A stretch of 35,012 bases of DNA from Pseudomonadota bacterium (GCA_031416315.1 JANOTL010000068.1:1-35012); one strand, 5' to 3'; counted from the first letter of the stretch, positions 26,208 through 35,012 are shown. The notes: a model not told the origin generated them from the letters alone. Program-made: numbers and translations.

Positions 26208-27677
26208 TCAAAGTTTCGCCGTGCCACTATACACGTAGTTCATCTCGAGCGTCGTCGCCGCCTTGAGAAGCGCGCCCTTCTTGGCCGACGTGGGGCCGCG
26301 GTAGAGGCCGGCAAACTTGGTCGGCACCGTGACCGCCTTGTCGAGGTAGTTCATCTGAAAGTGAAGGTGCGGCCCGGTCGAGACGCCCGAGTTGCCGACC
26401 TGGGCAATCGATTGGCCTTTTTTTACGGCGTCGCCGGCCTTCACCTTGATCGAGCCGTTCTTCACGTGCACGTACCAGCTTTCCACCGTCGCGTGCTTGA
26501 TCCGAACATAATTGGCCTTCGCGGTCATCGAGACGGCGGCACCCGGGGCGTTGTCAGCGTTGCCGTTCACGACCTCGAGCACCGTGCCGCCTTCGACCGC
26601 GACGATCTCGGCGCCGGCGTTGCTGGCGCCGTTGCAGCCGACCAGATCCCAGCTGTAATGATGCTCGAGGCCGTAATGGAAGGACTTCCCGCCCGCGGCT
26701 TGGCCGACGCAGAAAGGCGCCTTCAGCGGCGGGTAGAACTTCGTCGCGTTCTTGTAGGGGCTCGCGACAAAATAACGGCTGACGGCACGGGTCGAGTACT
26801 CCACGACCTTGTCCTGGAGCGGGGACGACATTTGCTTGTCGTAAGCCAGAGCCTCGACCTTGGCGCGGTAAGCTGCGGCGATGGCCACGTCGGCGTCATG
26901 CGTCTTTGCCTTCGAGCTTGCGGTGCGGAACTGCGCCTCCGCCTCGGGGAGCTTGTCCGCTTTCAGCAGCGCGATCCCGTCGGTCAGCGCCTTCTCGGCC
27001 GGATCGCTGGAGTTCGCCTGGGTGCCGACGAGGAGTCCCCTGAACTCAGGGTCGTTCGGGAAAGCCTTGAGGCCCAGCTCGCCATAAAGCTGCGCCGTCG
27101 CCAGGTCACCCGCGGCTTTCAAGGCCTTCACGCCCTCCGTGACGCCGACGCGGAAATTGTCCTTATAGCCGGCTTCGGTCGCCTTCGCCGGGCTCAGGCC
27201 GTACATTTTGTTGAACGCCTCGTAGGCTTCCTTGTGCTTGCCGTTGATGCGCAGCGCGTTGCCGTAAACGCTGAGGTAGCTCGCGTCCTTCGGCGCGACT
27301 TCCGAGGCCTTTTTGTAGTGCGGGAGCGCCTCGGCATACTTCTTCTGGCGGAAGACGAAATCGTTGCCGACGTCGGCCAGACCCGCGGCGTAGTTGCCTT
27401 TCGCCGACTCGTCGGCGGGCGCCACGCTCACCGCTTTCTCGAGGAAGGTCACAGCTTCCAAAGGCCGGCTCAGGTTGCGCAGCGTGAAGCCCATGAAGAT
27501 GTTGAGGGCGGCGTCGTTCGGGTGCTCGCCGAGCCCCTTCTTCAAATGAGTCTCGGCTTCCGCCCATTTCTTCGCGGCCTCGAGCTTCTTGTATTCGACG
27601 CGGTAGGTCGTCGCGTCGACGGCGAATGCGGAAAAGGACACGAACGCCGTAAGCAACGCCACGAGAGTCGAGCGCAT
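26208..27677 (-). CDS. Secreted TPR-repeat + M23 peptidase protein
   Basis: Signal peptide, N-terminal TPRs, and M23 motifs 'HYSWD', 'YVHV', 'VGNSGVSTGPHLHFQ'. Confidence 0.85.
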   Translation of the reverse strand: MRSTLVALLTAFVSFSAFAVDATTYRVEYKKLEAAKKWAEAETHLKKGLGEHPNDAALNIFMGFTLRNLSRPLEAVTFLEKAVSVAPADESAKGNYAAGLADVGNDFVFRQKKYAEALPHYKKASEVAPKDASYLSVYGNALRINGKHKEAYEAFNKMYGLSPAKATEAGYKDNFRVGVTEGVKALKAAGDLATAQLYGELGLKAFPNDPEFRGLLVGTQANSSDPAEKALTDGIALLKADKLPEAEAQFRTASSKAKTHDADVAIAAAYRAKVEALAYDKQMSSPLQDKVVEYSTRAVSRYFVASPYKNATKFYPPLKAPFCVGQAAGGKSFHYGLEHHYSWDLVGCNGASNAGAEIVAVEGGTVLEVVNGNADNAPGAAVSMTAKANYVRIKHATVESWYVHVKNGSIKVKAGDAVKKGQSIAQVGNSGVSTGPHLHFQMNYLDKAVTVPTKFAGLYRGPTSAKKGALLKAATTLEMNYVYSGTAKL

Positions 27678-27805
27678 CGAGAAAACCTCCGAAAAATTCG
27701 TCAGTCGAGCTTACCGAGCTTTCGCCCGAGCGGGAAGAGGCTCAAGCTCAGCTATACCCCAAGCGGAAAATCCGCTAACGTCTCCTGATCACAAAGGAGT
27801 TTCGG

Positions 27806-29032
27806 ATGAAGAAGATCAAGGTCCAGCGTCCCGTCGTCGAGATGGATGGCGATGAGATGACGCGCATCATTTGGGCGAAGATCAAAGAGAAGCTGATCCA
27901 CCCCTACCTCGAGATCGACCTCAAATACTTCGACCTCGGGATGGAGCACAGAGACAAGACCGACGACAAGGTCACGGTCGAGGCGGCCGAGGCGATCAAA
28001 AAATACGACGTCGGCATCAAGTGCGCGACGATCACCCCCGACGAGCAGCGCGTCGAGGAGTTCAAGCTGAAGAAGATGTGGAAGAGCCCGAACGGCACCA
28101 TCCGCAACATCCTCGGCGGCACCGTCTTTCGCGAGCCGATCATCTGCAAGAACGTTCCGCGTCTCGTCAAGAACTGGACGAAGCCGATCGTCGTCGGCCG
28201 CCACGCGCACGCCGACCAATACAAAGCGACCGACGTGCGCATCACCGGCCCGGGCAAGCTCAAGATGGTGTTCGAGCCGAAAGGCGGCGGCGCGCCCACG
28301 ACCTGGGACGTCAACGACTTCGCCGGCCCCGGCATCGGCATGGGCATGTACAACACGATCGAGTCGATCGAAGGCTTCGCGAAGAGCTGCTTCGAGTACG
28401 GCTTGAACCGCGGCTACCCCGTCTATCTCTCGACGAAGAACACGATTCTCAAGGTCTACGACGGCACCTTCAAGGACATTTTCCAGGCGATCTACGAGAA
28501 GGAATATAAGGCAAAATACGAGGCCAAAGGCCTCTCCTACGAGCATCGCCTGATCGACGACATGGTCGCGCAGGTTTTGAAGTGGGAAGGCGGCATCGTC
28601 TGGGCCTGCAAGAACTACGACGGCGACGTCCAGTCCGACACCGTGGCCCAAGGCTTCGGCTCGCTCGGCATGATGACCTCCGTCCTCCTCTGTCCGAACG
28701 GCCGCACGGTGGAGACGGAGGCTGCGCACGGCACGGTCACCCGTCACTACCGCGACCATCAAAAGGGCAAGGAGACGTCGACCAACCCGATCGCGTCCAT
28801 CTACGCTTGGACCAGCGGCCTCGCGCATCGCGGCAAGCTCGACGAGACCCCCGACGTGATCAAGTTCGCGCGCTCGCTCGAGCAGGTCTGCGTCGTGACG
28901 ATCGAAGGCGGCAAGATGACGAAGGACCTCGCGGTCTGCATCCACGGCAACAACCTTCCGGCCGGCTCCTACCTCAACACCAACGCGTTCCTCGACGAGT
29001 TGGCGAAGAACTTGGAGAAGAAACTCGGATGA
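27806..29032 (+). CDS. icd: NADP-dependent isocitrate dehydrogenase (eukaryote-like dimeric type)
   Basis: '[13 protein letters not shown]', 'KCATITPDE', '[10 protein letters not shown]', 'NYDGDVQSD' and '[11 protein letters not shown]'. RBS AAGGAG. Confidence 0.97.
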   Translation: MKKIKVQRPVVEMDGDEMTRIIWAKIKEKLIHPYLEIDLKYFDLGMEHRDKTDDKVTVEAAEAIKKYDVGIKCATITPDEQRVEEFKLKKMWKSPNGTIRNILGGTVFREPIICKNVPRLVKNWTKPIVVGRHAHADQYKATDVRITGPGKLKMVFEPKGGGAPTTWDVNDFAGPGIGMGMYNTIESIEGFAKSCFEYGLNRGYPVYLSTKNTILKVYDGTFKDIFQAIYEKEYKAKYEAKGLSYEHRLIDDMVAQVLKWEGGIVWACKNYDGDVQSDTVAQGFGSLGMMTSVLLCPNGRTVETEAAHGTVTRHYRDHQKGKETSTNPIASIYAWTSGLAHRGKLDETPDVIKFARSLEQVCVVTIEGGKMTKDLAVCIHGNNLPAGSYLNTNAFLDELAKNLEKKLG

Positions 29033-29805
29033 AACACCTCGCGCTCGCCTCGCTTCTCACCCTGCTCACGGTCGTGGCCTGCACGGGCGACGAGGAAAAG
29101 CCGCAGGAGCCGATTGCTCCGACGGCGGATACCAGCGCTTACCCGGAAGATCCGGCGCTGGCTTCGCCGGAGGATCCTCCCGGCATCGGTAGCAACGCGG
29201 AAGGCGCGGCGGGCGGCGACACGTCCGTCAATGCCGAGCCCGGCATCGAGGAGCCCGTGGACAACGACGCGGGCGCGCTCACCGAAGATCCCTTCGGCTC
29301 GCCGAAGAACGTGCCGAAGATGAACGACAAGTCGGACGACTCGCTGAAGGACGTGCCCGAGACCCCGCCGGAGGAGCTGGACATCCCGGTCGGCGAAGGC
29401 ATGGAGGGCGCCTCCCAGCAGGGCCAGGGGCCAGCGGTCAGGCCGACCGGCAAGGTGACGCCGAAGGCGCCGTTCAAAGGCAAAACGGTCAAAAAAAAGT
29501 CGGGAAAGTCCAAAGCGGCGGCGGCTAGTCAGCCGCCCGCCGGCAAGGCAACCCGCTACGTGAAGCCGATCATGCTGAACGTCCGCGCCAAGCCCGACGG
29601 CAAAGCGAAAGTCGTGCGCCGCCTCCTCGGGGGCGCGAAGATTTTCGTCGAGGCGCAGGGCGAATGGTCGAAGCTGAAAGACGACCAGTGGGTGCGGACG
29701 AGCCAGCTCAGCGAAGCGCCGACGAAAAAAGTCAGCGCCGGCGAGGCCGCCAAGGCCTGGAAGGGGCAGGACAAGTGGACGCCGCCCAAGGGGAAGAAAC
29801 CTTAG
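29029..29805 (+). CDS. Lipoprotein with acidic low-complexity linker and C-terminal bacterial SH3-like domain
   Basis: Signal '[18 protein letters not shown]' and SH3b-like 'LNVRAKPD...VVRRL..G......GEWSKL....WV'. ATGA overlap with icd. Confidence 0.8.
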   Translation: MKHLALASLLTLLTVVACTGDEEKPQEPIAPTADTSAYPEDPALASPEDPPGIGSNAEGAAGGDTSVNAEPGIEEPVDNDAGALTEDPFGSPKNVPKMNDKSDDSLKDVPETPPEELDIPVGEGMEGASQQGQGPAVRPTGKVTPKAPFKGKTVKKKSGKSKAAAASQPPAGKATRYVKPIMLNVRAKPDGKAKVVRRLLGGAKIFVEAQGEWSKLKDDQWVRTSQLSEAPTKKVSAGEAAKAWKGQDKWTPPKGKKP

Positions 29806-29863
29806 TTTCGGTACCTTAACCACTTTCGCTCAATTGCGTGGCGCAGCTTTCCGAAACGGAAGC

Positions 29864-30976
29864 ATGCGCCACTTTGCTTTTATCCCCATCGTCTTCATGC
29901 TCACGGCCTGCGGCTCGACCAGCCTCAGCGGCACGTCTGGTAAGAACGGCGCGGGCGAAAAAAAGGACGCGCCGCCCGAAGGCGGCAGCGACGACGAGCA
30001 GATCGTCGACGCTAAACCCTCGGCGCCGGTCTCCGGGGCCTTCTTGGTGTTTTGCGGTGAGGCTCCGGACGCGGATGGCGCGACGGCGCCGGCAGCCGGC
30101 TCGGTCTGGTACGGATGCGGCGTCTTCGACGCGGCCAAGGCCAAGCTGGACCGCAAGATCGAGACCGTGAGCCTGACGTTCACCGACGGCGTTGCTCATG
30201 ACGCCGCGTTCGTTCCTGCGGCGCCAACGAGCCGCTACTCGACTTTGACCGCCGTGGTGAAGACGCGGATCCAGCTTTTGAGCGCGGTCAGCGTCAAAGT
30301 CGCCGGCGAGCTGGCCGCGACGTCTGCGACCTTGGAGCCGGCGGTCTTGGTCGACGATCCCGTGAAGGAGTTGGAAGTTCCCTGCCCCGTAAGTAGCGTC
30401 CGCAATCTGGATACGCGGAAATGCGAAGACCTCATCCCGATCGAAGACTTCATCCCGATCTATGTTTGGAACCGGATAGAGGCGACCGGAGTGCCGCCCG
30501 GCGAGATCCTCTTTTTCAAGCCCGAAGGTACCGAGGAAATCCGTTTCAAAAGGGTGGACGATCCGGTCTTTTACGCGCTCGCTCCGACGAAATGCGCAGT
30601 TGGAACGCGCGTCCAAGCGTCAGACCAAGTGGACTGCGCGTTGCGCGACGACGGAACCCTGGCGGACGGTACCGTGCCGATCTTCGACATCTTGAAGGAG
30701 CATGACGAAAAACCGACCATTCGCGCCCATACTTCGGGCCCTGACGCCGTGTTTCTCGAAAACGAACCCGCTGAAGTGAGCTGGAGAGTCCATGCACAAC
30801 GTCTTCGCCTCGTCCGGTCGATAGGTGCCGGCGAAGGCAAATGGATCCAGATCCACCCTTGGCACAAGGGGACGATCTTCACATTGGGTACTTCCGAAGC
30901 ACCATTTTATCCCGACAGCGCGGTTGGCTTCAAAATGGGTCGCCCGCTCGGCTACGCCTTCATGCCCGCGCGATAG
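29864..30976 (+). CDS. Hypothetical lipoprotein
   Basis: Signal 'MRHFAFIPIVFMLTAC' in a 370-aa ORF. Its stop TAG (30974-30976) lies inside the left TAGTTA direct repeat. Confidence 0.7.
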   Translation: MRHFAFIPIVFMLTACGSTSLSGTSGKNGAGEKKDAPPEGGSDDEQIVDAKPSAPVSGAFLVFCGEAPDADGATAPAAGSVWYGCGVFDAAKAKLDRKIETVSLTFTDGVAHDAAFVPAAPTSRYSTLTAVVKTRIQLLSAVSVKVAGELAATSATLEPAVLVDDPVKELEVPCPVSSVRNLDTRKCEDLIPIEDFIPIYVWNRIEATGVPPGEILFFKPEGTEEIRFKRVDDPVFYALAPTKCAVGTRVQASDQVDCALRDDGTLADGTVPIFDILKEHDEKPTIRAHTSGPDAVFLENEPAEVSWRVHAQRLRLVRSIGAGEGKWIQIHPWHKGTIFTLGTSEAPFYPDSAVGFKMGRPLGYAFMPAR

Positions 30977-30977
30977 T

Positions 30978-31036
30978 TAGTTTCTGGCGCGGAACGCGCC
31001 AGAAACTATCCTGAGGGCGAAGCCCGAAGGATCTCG
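30978..31036 (+). repeat. Left 59-bp inverted repeat (double hairpin, REP-like)
   Basis: TAGTTTCTGGCGC-GGAAC-GCGCCAGAAACTA followed by TCCTGAGGGCGAAGCCCGAAGGATCTCG. Exact reverse complement of 32905-32963. Confidence 0.95.
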
Positions 31037-31084
31037 CCCGATTGCACCTCCGCTCGCGCCTTTCGGTCCGCCGTGGCGTTTGCT

Positions 31085-32479
31085 CTATGCTGCTTTCGTT
31101 GAGGTATCGCTCTGCTTCTTGATCATCTGTCGCAGGTTGAAGCCAAAGATAGAGCCGTAGCCCGCGGCGAGCGTTGCCGCATCGCTTTTCATTCTGCTGC
31201 GTCCGAGTTGTCCCCCGTGTTTGGCGCGACCGATCAGCGGTTCGATTCCTGCCCGCCGATTTCGGAGGCGCTCTTGGACCTCCGGACTCGGCAAGCCTCG
31301 CCGATTCTTGCTGTTGCCCGGCCGCTGTAGCCCGCTCACGATTCTGCGCGATGCGAGCGCACACTGATTCTTCGCGCTCCAATAACCCTTGTCGGCGCTT
31401 GCCGAAGTGAGCGAGCCATCGCCGAAGATGGTCGCGTGCTCGGCGAGCATCGACACGAACGAATGCTTGTCCTCCATCCGAAGTGAGTTTGACGCCAGGA
31501 TGAAGAGAAAGTTTCCCTTGATGCGACCGAGTTGGAAGACCCTTCCGAACTCGTTCTCTTTGCCGACCTTGCCCTTCCTGATGCAGGCGACGTCCCGAGC
31601 ATGAAAGGCAAGCGCCTTGCCGGCCTTGATCGTATGCGTACGAGTGAAGTGTCCGACGTCGAGTAGGTAACGCCAAGCTTGGGCTCTGATCTGATCGGCA
31701 GCGTGTCGGATGTTCCATGGCAGTCGCCGAAGGCGGCGCTCGTCGAGAGCGTTGCAAACCGCAACGATGGGACGCATCTGCTGCTTGACGAGCCGATGGA
31801 GGTCATTGAATGCCGAACGACGTTTCTCGATGTCGGCGTTCTTCGGCATGAAAAAGTAGGCCCGGGCCTTGGCTTTCACGGTCTTCATGTCGACGGCGAA
31901 GTCCGTTGGCAGCAGGCCCCGAGTCTTCGCCTTCAAGAAGTCGACGACCTTGCGCCCAAGGCCGCTGAGCTTGGTCATGAGGCTTGCATCGGACGGATAC
32001 GCGATGTTCGCCTCCTGCACGGTCGAATCGATATCGACGTCGCTTGGATCGGCGAAGCCCAGCGCCACGGCTACTTTGGCTGTCTCGTTGGCAAGCAGGC
32101 GCTGCGTCTCGGGTGAAAGGCGACTGCGAAACTCTTCGATCTTCGTATGATCGGGCGACCGCCAGCCGGTCACAGTCCCAAAGCCAGAGAACAACTGGTA
32201 GGCAGCGTTGTCTTTTAGGCCGTATTCGACCTGCCGATCGGTCAAGTCGTAGAGCTTCTGAAGGATGTAGGCGGCGAGGTGGACTCGCACGAGGAGTCTT
32301 CTCCCCGTCCACCAACATCCTTTCGCCGTCGTCCGCTTTAGGTCCGGCAGGACCACAGCGATCAGGAATGCCCAGGGCAGGGCATTGGCGAGCTTGATCA
32401 GTGGGTGATCCTTGGTGACCGCGATCGTGATGGCGGCTGGCCCAACGGCGGTGTCGCCGCCAGAGACGTCGAGGCTCAT
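31085..32479 (-). CDS. IS5-family DDE transposase
   Basis: 'HPLIKLANALPW', 'LTDRQVE...NAAYQLFSG', 'IDSTVQEANIAYPSD', 'CIRKGK...EFG', 'ADKGY' and 'RRAGIEPLIGRAK'. Confidence 0.9.
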   Translation of the reverse strand: MSLDVSGGDTAVGPAAITIAVTKDHPLIKLANALPWAFLIAVVLPDLKRTTAKGCWWTGRRLLVRVHLAAYILQKLYDLTDRQVEYGLKDNAAYQLFSGFGTVTGWRSPDHTKIEEFRSRLSPETQRLLANETAKVAVALGFADPSDVDIDSTVQEANIAYPSDASLMTKLSGLGRKVVDFLKAKTRGLLPTDFAVDMKTVKAKARAYFFMPKNADIEKRRSAFNDLHRLVKQQMRPIVAVCNALDERRLRRLPWNIRHAADQIRAQAWRYLLDVGHFTRTHTIKAGKALAFHARDVACIRKGKVGKENEFGRVFQLGRIKGNFLFILASNSLRMEDKHSFVSMLAEHATIFGDGSLTSASADKGYWSAKNQCALASRRIVSGLQRPGNSKNRRGLPSPEVQERLRNRRAGIEPLIGRAKHGGQLGRSRMKSDAATLAAGYGSIFGFNLRQMIKKQSDTSTKAA

Positions 32480-32608
32480 CGTTGTGGCGCCTTCGTTGCA
32501 AGTCGTTGGTCCTTGGGTTGATGGCGCGATTCTACCATCATGTCATTGGACGTCAGCCACTGGCATTGCGAAATTGGACTTCGGCGCAAAGATCCGAGGA
32601 GCATCGCA

Positions 32609-32935
32609 ATGGCATACGGTTACGTATCCATGTTGACGAACGACCGGATAAACGTGCTTTACGTCGGCTCGACGAACGATTTATGCAAGCGCTTGGTGCA
32701 CCATAAGCGCCGCCTGATCCCGGGATTCACGAAAAGGTGTAGCGTCCATCGGCTGGTATACTTCGAACGACTTGCGGATATGGATGCTGCGCGGCGCCGC
32801 GAGCGTCAGCTCAAGGGGCTTAGCCGCGCCAAGAAAGACGCGATCGTCGACCTTGGTAATCATGAGCGTCGTGATTTGTCTGCGGAGGTCGGCGCTGTAA
32901 TCGACGAGATCCTTCGGGCTTCGCCCTCAGGATAG
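32609..32935 (+). CDS. Small stand-alone GIY-YIG nuclease family protein
   Basis: 'YGYVSML....VLYVGSTNDLCKRLVHHK....GFTKR....LVYFE......RRERQLKG.SRAKK'. RBS GAGGA precedes ATG 32609. The stop lies inside the right inverted repeat. Confidence 0.88.
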   Translation: MAYGYVSMLTNDRINVLYVGSTNDLCKRLVHHKRRLIPGFTKRCSVHRLVYFERLADMDAARRRERQLKGLSRAKKDAIVDLGNHERRDLSAEVGAVIDEILRASPSG

Positions 32936-32963
32936 TTTCTGGCGCGTTCCGCGCCAGAAACTA
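32905..32963 (-). repeat. Right 59-bp inverted repeat
   Basis: CGAGATCCTTCGGGCTTCGCCCTCAGGATAGTTTCTGGCGCGTTCCGCGCCAGAAACTA is the exact reverse complement of 30978-31036. Confidence 0.95.
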
Positions 32964-32990
32964 GTTATCTCAGAACGCTAACGGCGCGCC

Positions 32991-33308
32991 TCAGCCGGCG
33001 ACAGCCTGGTCGACGAAGCCCTTCAACTTCTCCAGCCCCTTGAAGCCCGCCAAGCTCGCCGCCATCTTCTTGTCCTTGAACACGAAGAACGCCGGCAAGA
33101 CCTCGGTCTCGGCGATCTCCATCATCTCCGGATGATCGTCGGTGCTGATCTGGCCGAAGACGAGGCCGTGCGCGTTGGCGGCCTCGATCCGCTCCAAGGC
33201 TGGGATCGAGAGCTTGCAGGCGCCACAGCCCTTCTTCCAAAGCTTCAAGAACACGCGATGACCCGCTTCGATCTCGCGCTCGAGGTCGGCGGGCGTCCAG
33301 GCTTGCAT
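32991..33308 (-). CDS. Thioredoxin-family protein
   Basis: 105 aa with CxxC 'KGCGACK' and cis-Pro region 'LPAFFVFKD'. RBS GGAGG precedes ATG 33308. Confidence 0.85.
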   Translation of the reverse strand: MQAWTPADLEREIEAGHRVFLKLWKKGCGACKLSIPALERIEAANAHGLVFGQISTDDHPEMMEIAETEVLPAFFVFKDKKMAASLAGFKGLEKLKGFVDQAVAG

Positions 33309-33536
33309 CAGGTCGCCTCCAATCCGGTCGAAAAAGCTTCGCGCCATGCTCCTCGAAAAGCCGCACTCCGTCCACCATCGACCCGCTAAACCCCCGCCGC
33401 AGTTACCAGTTCCTGCGCCGTATCGACCGGGTGGAACGCTTATTTTGCTGGACTTGCCAGGCTGTGCGAGTACAATCCCGGCGCTTCGGACCCTCGTCAA
33501 AATGCAATCCTCCCCAGCCCCCCGCTAGGAGTCGTC

Positions 33537-34871
33537 ATGTCCCATAAGGCAGTGAAGAGCCTCGTCCGCGCGCTCGTCGCGGTCACCGTGCTCGCAACCC
33601 TCGGTGAAGCCGCCCTCGCGGCCGACAAGATCGTCGTCCTCTCCCCGCATCGCAAGTCGATCCAGGACGAGTTCGTGCCGGCCTTCAAGGAGCACTACAA
33701 GGCGACGTACAAGACCGACGTCGAAGTGGATTGGATCGACCAGGGCGGCACCTCGGACGACATCCGCTTCCTGCGCGCCAAGTTCGAGAAGAATCCGGCC
33801 ACGTCCGGCGTCGACCTCTTCTGGGGCGGCGGCACCTCGACCTTCCTCGAGCTGAACCGCGACAAGCTGCTCGACACCTACACGCTCCCCGACGAGCTTG
33901 CGAAGGACATCCCGGAGACGGCCGCCGGCGCCGCGATGTACGACGCGACCAAGACCTGGTACGCCTCGGCCATGTCGTCTTTCGGCATCTTCTATAACAA
34001 GAAGATCCTGAAGATGGATAAGCTCCCGGAGCCCGCGACCTGGGAAGACCTCGGCAAACCCGAGTACAAGAACCAGATCTCCCTCACCGACCCGCGTAAA
34101 TCCGGCTCGGCCAACACGATGAACACCATCGTCCTGCAGTCCATGGGCTGGGACAAAGGCTGGGAGCTCCTGACCAAGATCGCCGGCAACACCCGCGTCT
34201 TCACGCAGTCTTCGTCCGACCCGATCAAGGCCGTCGTCTCCGGCGACGCCGCCACCGCGATGGCGATCGACTTCTACGCGACCCCGAAGATCGACGAGCT
34301 CGGCAAGGACAACCTCGGCTTCGTGCTCCCCGCGGGCAAGACGGTCGTCGACCCCGATCCGATCGCTCTCGTCCGAGGCGCGCCCTCGAAGCAGGTCGCC
34401 GAGCGCTTCATCGCTTTCGTTCTGTCGGCGCCGGCGCAGAAGCTCCTCATCCTCGCCAAGGGCACGCCGGGCGGCCCGAAGCTCTCGACCCTCGGCCGCA
34501 TGGCCGTAAACAAGACCGCTTACACCGAGACCGAAGGCAAGCGCGTCGGCGACGTCAACCCGTTTACGATCAACAACGCCTTCAAGGTCGACAACGAGAA
34601 GGCCGGCAAGATGCAGCGCGTCTTCAACGACCTCGTCGGCGCCATCCACGTCGACACGCACAACGACCTGAAAGCCGCCTGGGAAGGCATCGTCAAGCGC
34701 GGCTCGAAGTCCGACGACATCGCCTTTTTTTCGAAGTCGCCGGTGACCGAGGCCGAGGCCCTGGCGCTCGCCGACAAGTGGGGCGACGACGTCCTCCGCA
34801 ACAAGACGATCAACGAGTGGGTCGAGTTCGCGAAAGCCAAGTACAAGAAACTCGCCGAAGCGAAGAGCTGA
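33537..34871 (+). CDS. ABC transporter substrate-binding protein (Fe3+/AfuA-FbpA-like family)
   Basis: Signal peptide, 'DLFWGGG', 'FGIFYNK', 'PATWEDL', 'DPRKSGS' and 'DPIALVRGAP'. RBS AGGAG. Confidence 0.88.
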   Translation: MSHKAVKSLVRALVAVTVLATLGEAALAADKIVVLSPHRKSIQDEFVPAFKEHYKATYKTDVEVDWIDQGGTSDDIRFLRAKFEKNPATSGVDLFWGGGTSTFLELNRDKLLDTYTLPDELAKDIPETAAGAAMYDATKTWYASAMSSFGIFYNKKILKMDKLPEPATWEDLGKPEYKNQISLTDPRKSGSANTMNTIVLQSMGWDKGWELLTKIAGNTRVFTQSSSDPIKAVVSGDAATAMAIDFYATPKIDELGKDNLGFVLPAGKTVVDPDPIALVRGAPSKQVAERFIAFVLSAPAQKLLILAKGTPGGPKLSTLGRMAVNKTAYTETEGKRVGDVNPFTINNAFKVDNEKAGKMQRVFNDLVGAIHVDTHNDLKAAWEGIVKRGSKSDDIAFFSKSPVTEAEALALADKWGDDVLRNKTINEWVEFAKAKYKKLAEAKS

Positions 34872-34883
34872 AAGAGCAGATCC

Positions 34884-35012
34884 TTGCAAGTTCGCTTTGA
34901 GAAGATCGTCAAGCGCTACGGCGAAACCTACGCCATTCGCGATCTCACCCTAGAGATCGCGAACGGCGCGCTCCACTTCCTGCTCGGCCCCTCGGGCTGC
35001 GGCAAGACGACG
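34884..35012 (+). CDS. ABC transporter ATP-binding protein, N-terminus (3'-truncated by the window edge)
   Basis: TTG start reading 'QVRFEKIVKRYG...LLGPSGCGKTT' (Walker A). Lies directly after the substrate-binding gene. Confidence 0.85.
   Translation, partial: MQVRFEKIVKRYGETYAIRDLTLEIANGALHFLLGPSGCGKTT

Larger units (their letters stand above)
30980..32961. mobile_element. Putative mobile element: IS5-family transposase + GIY-YIG nuclease within long inverted repeats, flanked by a TAGTTA direct repeat
   Basis: Perfect terminal inverted repeats. TAGTTA occurs at 30974-30979 and 32962-32967. Internal codon usage is visibly less GC3-biased than in flanking genes. Confidence 0.7.

Noticed and set aside
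31037..31084. Search for conventional short IS terminal repeats between the long repeat and the transposase (paired with 32480-32608)
   Set aside because: Only weak, gapped matches were found. No convincing TIR/TSD pair could be supported.
32462..32557. The transposase and the extended GIY-YIG ORF (from 32540) both begin MSLDVS on opposite strands
   Set aside because: The codons differ (only 10 of 18 nt match), so it is not an inverted repeat. The RBS supports the GIY-YIG start at 32609, so this is treated as coincidence.
33309..33536. Intergenic region upstream of the ABC transporter as tRNA, riboswitch or Fur box
   Set aside because: No cloverleaf, riboswitch consensus or AT-rich Fur palindrome. 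TACAAT is present but lacks a well-spaced -35.
1..35012. CRISPR arrays, rRNA, tRNA, prophage genes
   Set aside because: No regularly spaced direct repeats, structural RNA signatures or phage hallmark proteins were seen.

Overview
High-GC bacterial chromosomal segment. The gene content (Agl-Glt machinery, many lipoproteins, sigma54 regulation) suggests a predatory Bdellovibrionota/Oligoflexia- or Myxococcota-like organism; this taxonomy is inference only. From left to right it contains: a partial TPR-like gene; RCC1-repeat and caspase-family lipoproteins; an unusual three-gene operon (cysteine-dioxygenase-like cupin, caspase-like His/Cys domain fused to a SAM methyltransferase, divergent glutamate-racemase homolog); ilvE behind a hairpin that covers its RBS; a stand-alone sigma54 activator with its own -24/-12 promoter; uraA; a HAD hydrolase; an orphan + Sel1 gene pair; nlpD-like and surE; a contiguous 10.5 kb Agl-Glt operon (aglR/Q/S-like, OM beta-barrel, gltC/D/E/G-like) with a divergent pseudo-receiver/HATPase gene; DUF547; TPR-M23; icd; and two lipoproteins. 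Next is a ~2 kb element carrying an IS5-family transposase and a divergent GIY-YIG nuclease, enclosed by a perfect 59-bp double-hairpin inverted repeat and a 6-bp TAGTTA direct repeat. The window ends with thioredoxin and the start of an Fe3+-type ABC transporter. The strongest novelty candidates are the GIY-YIG/transposase element and the dioxygenase / protease-like-methyltransferase / racemase operon. No tRNA, rRNA or CRISPR array was recognised. All family calls are from motif recognition by eye, not database searches.
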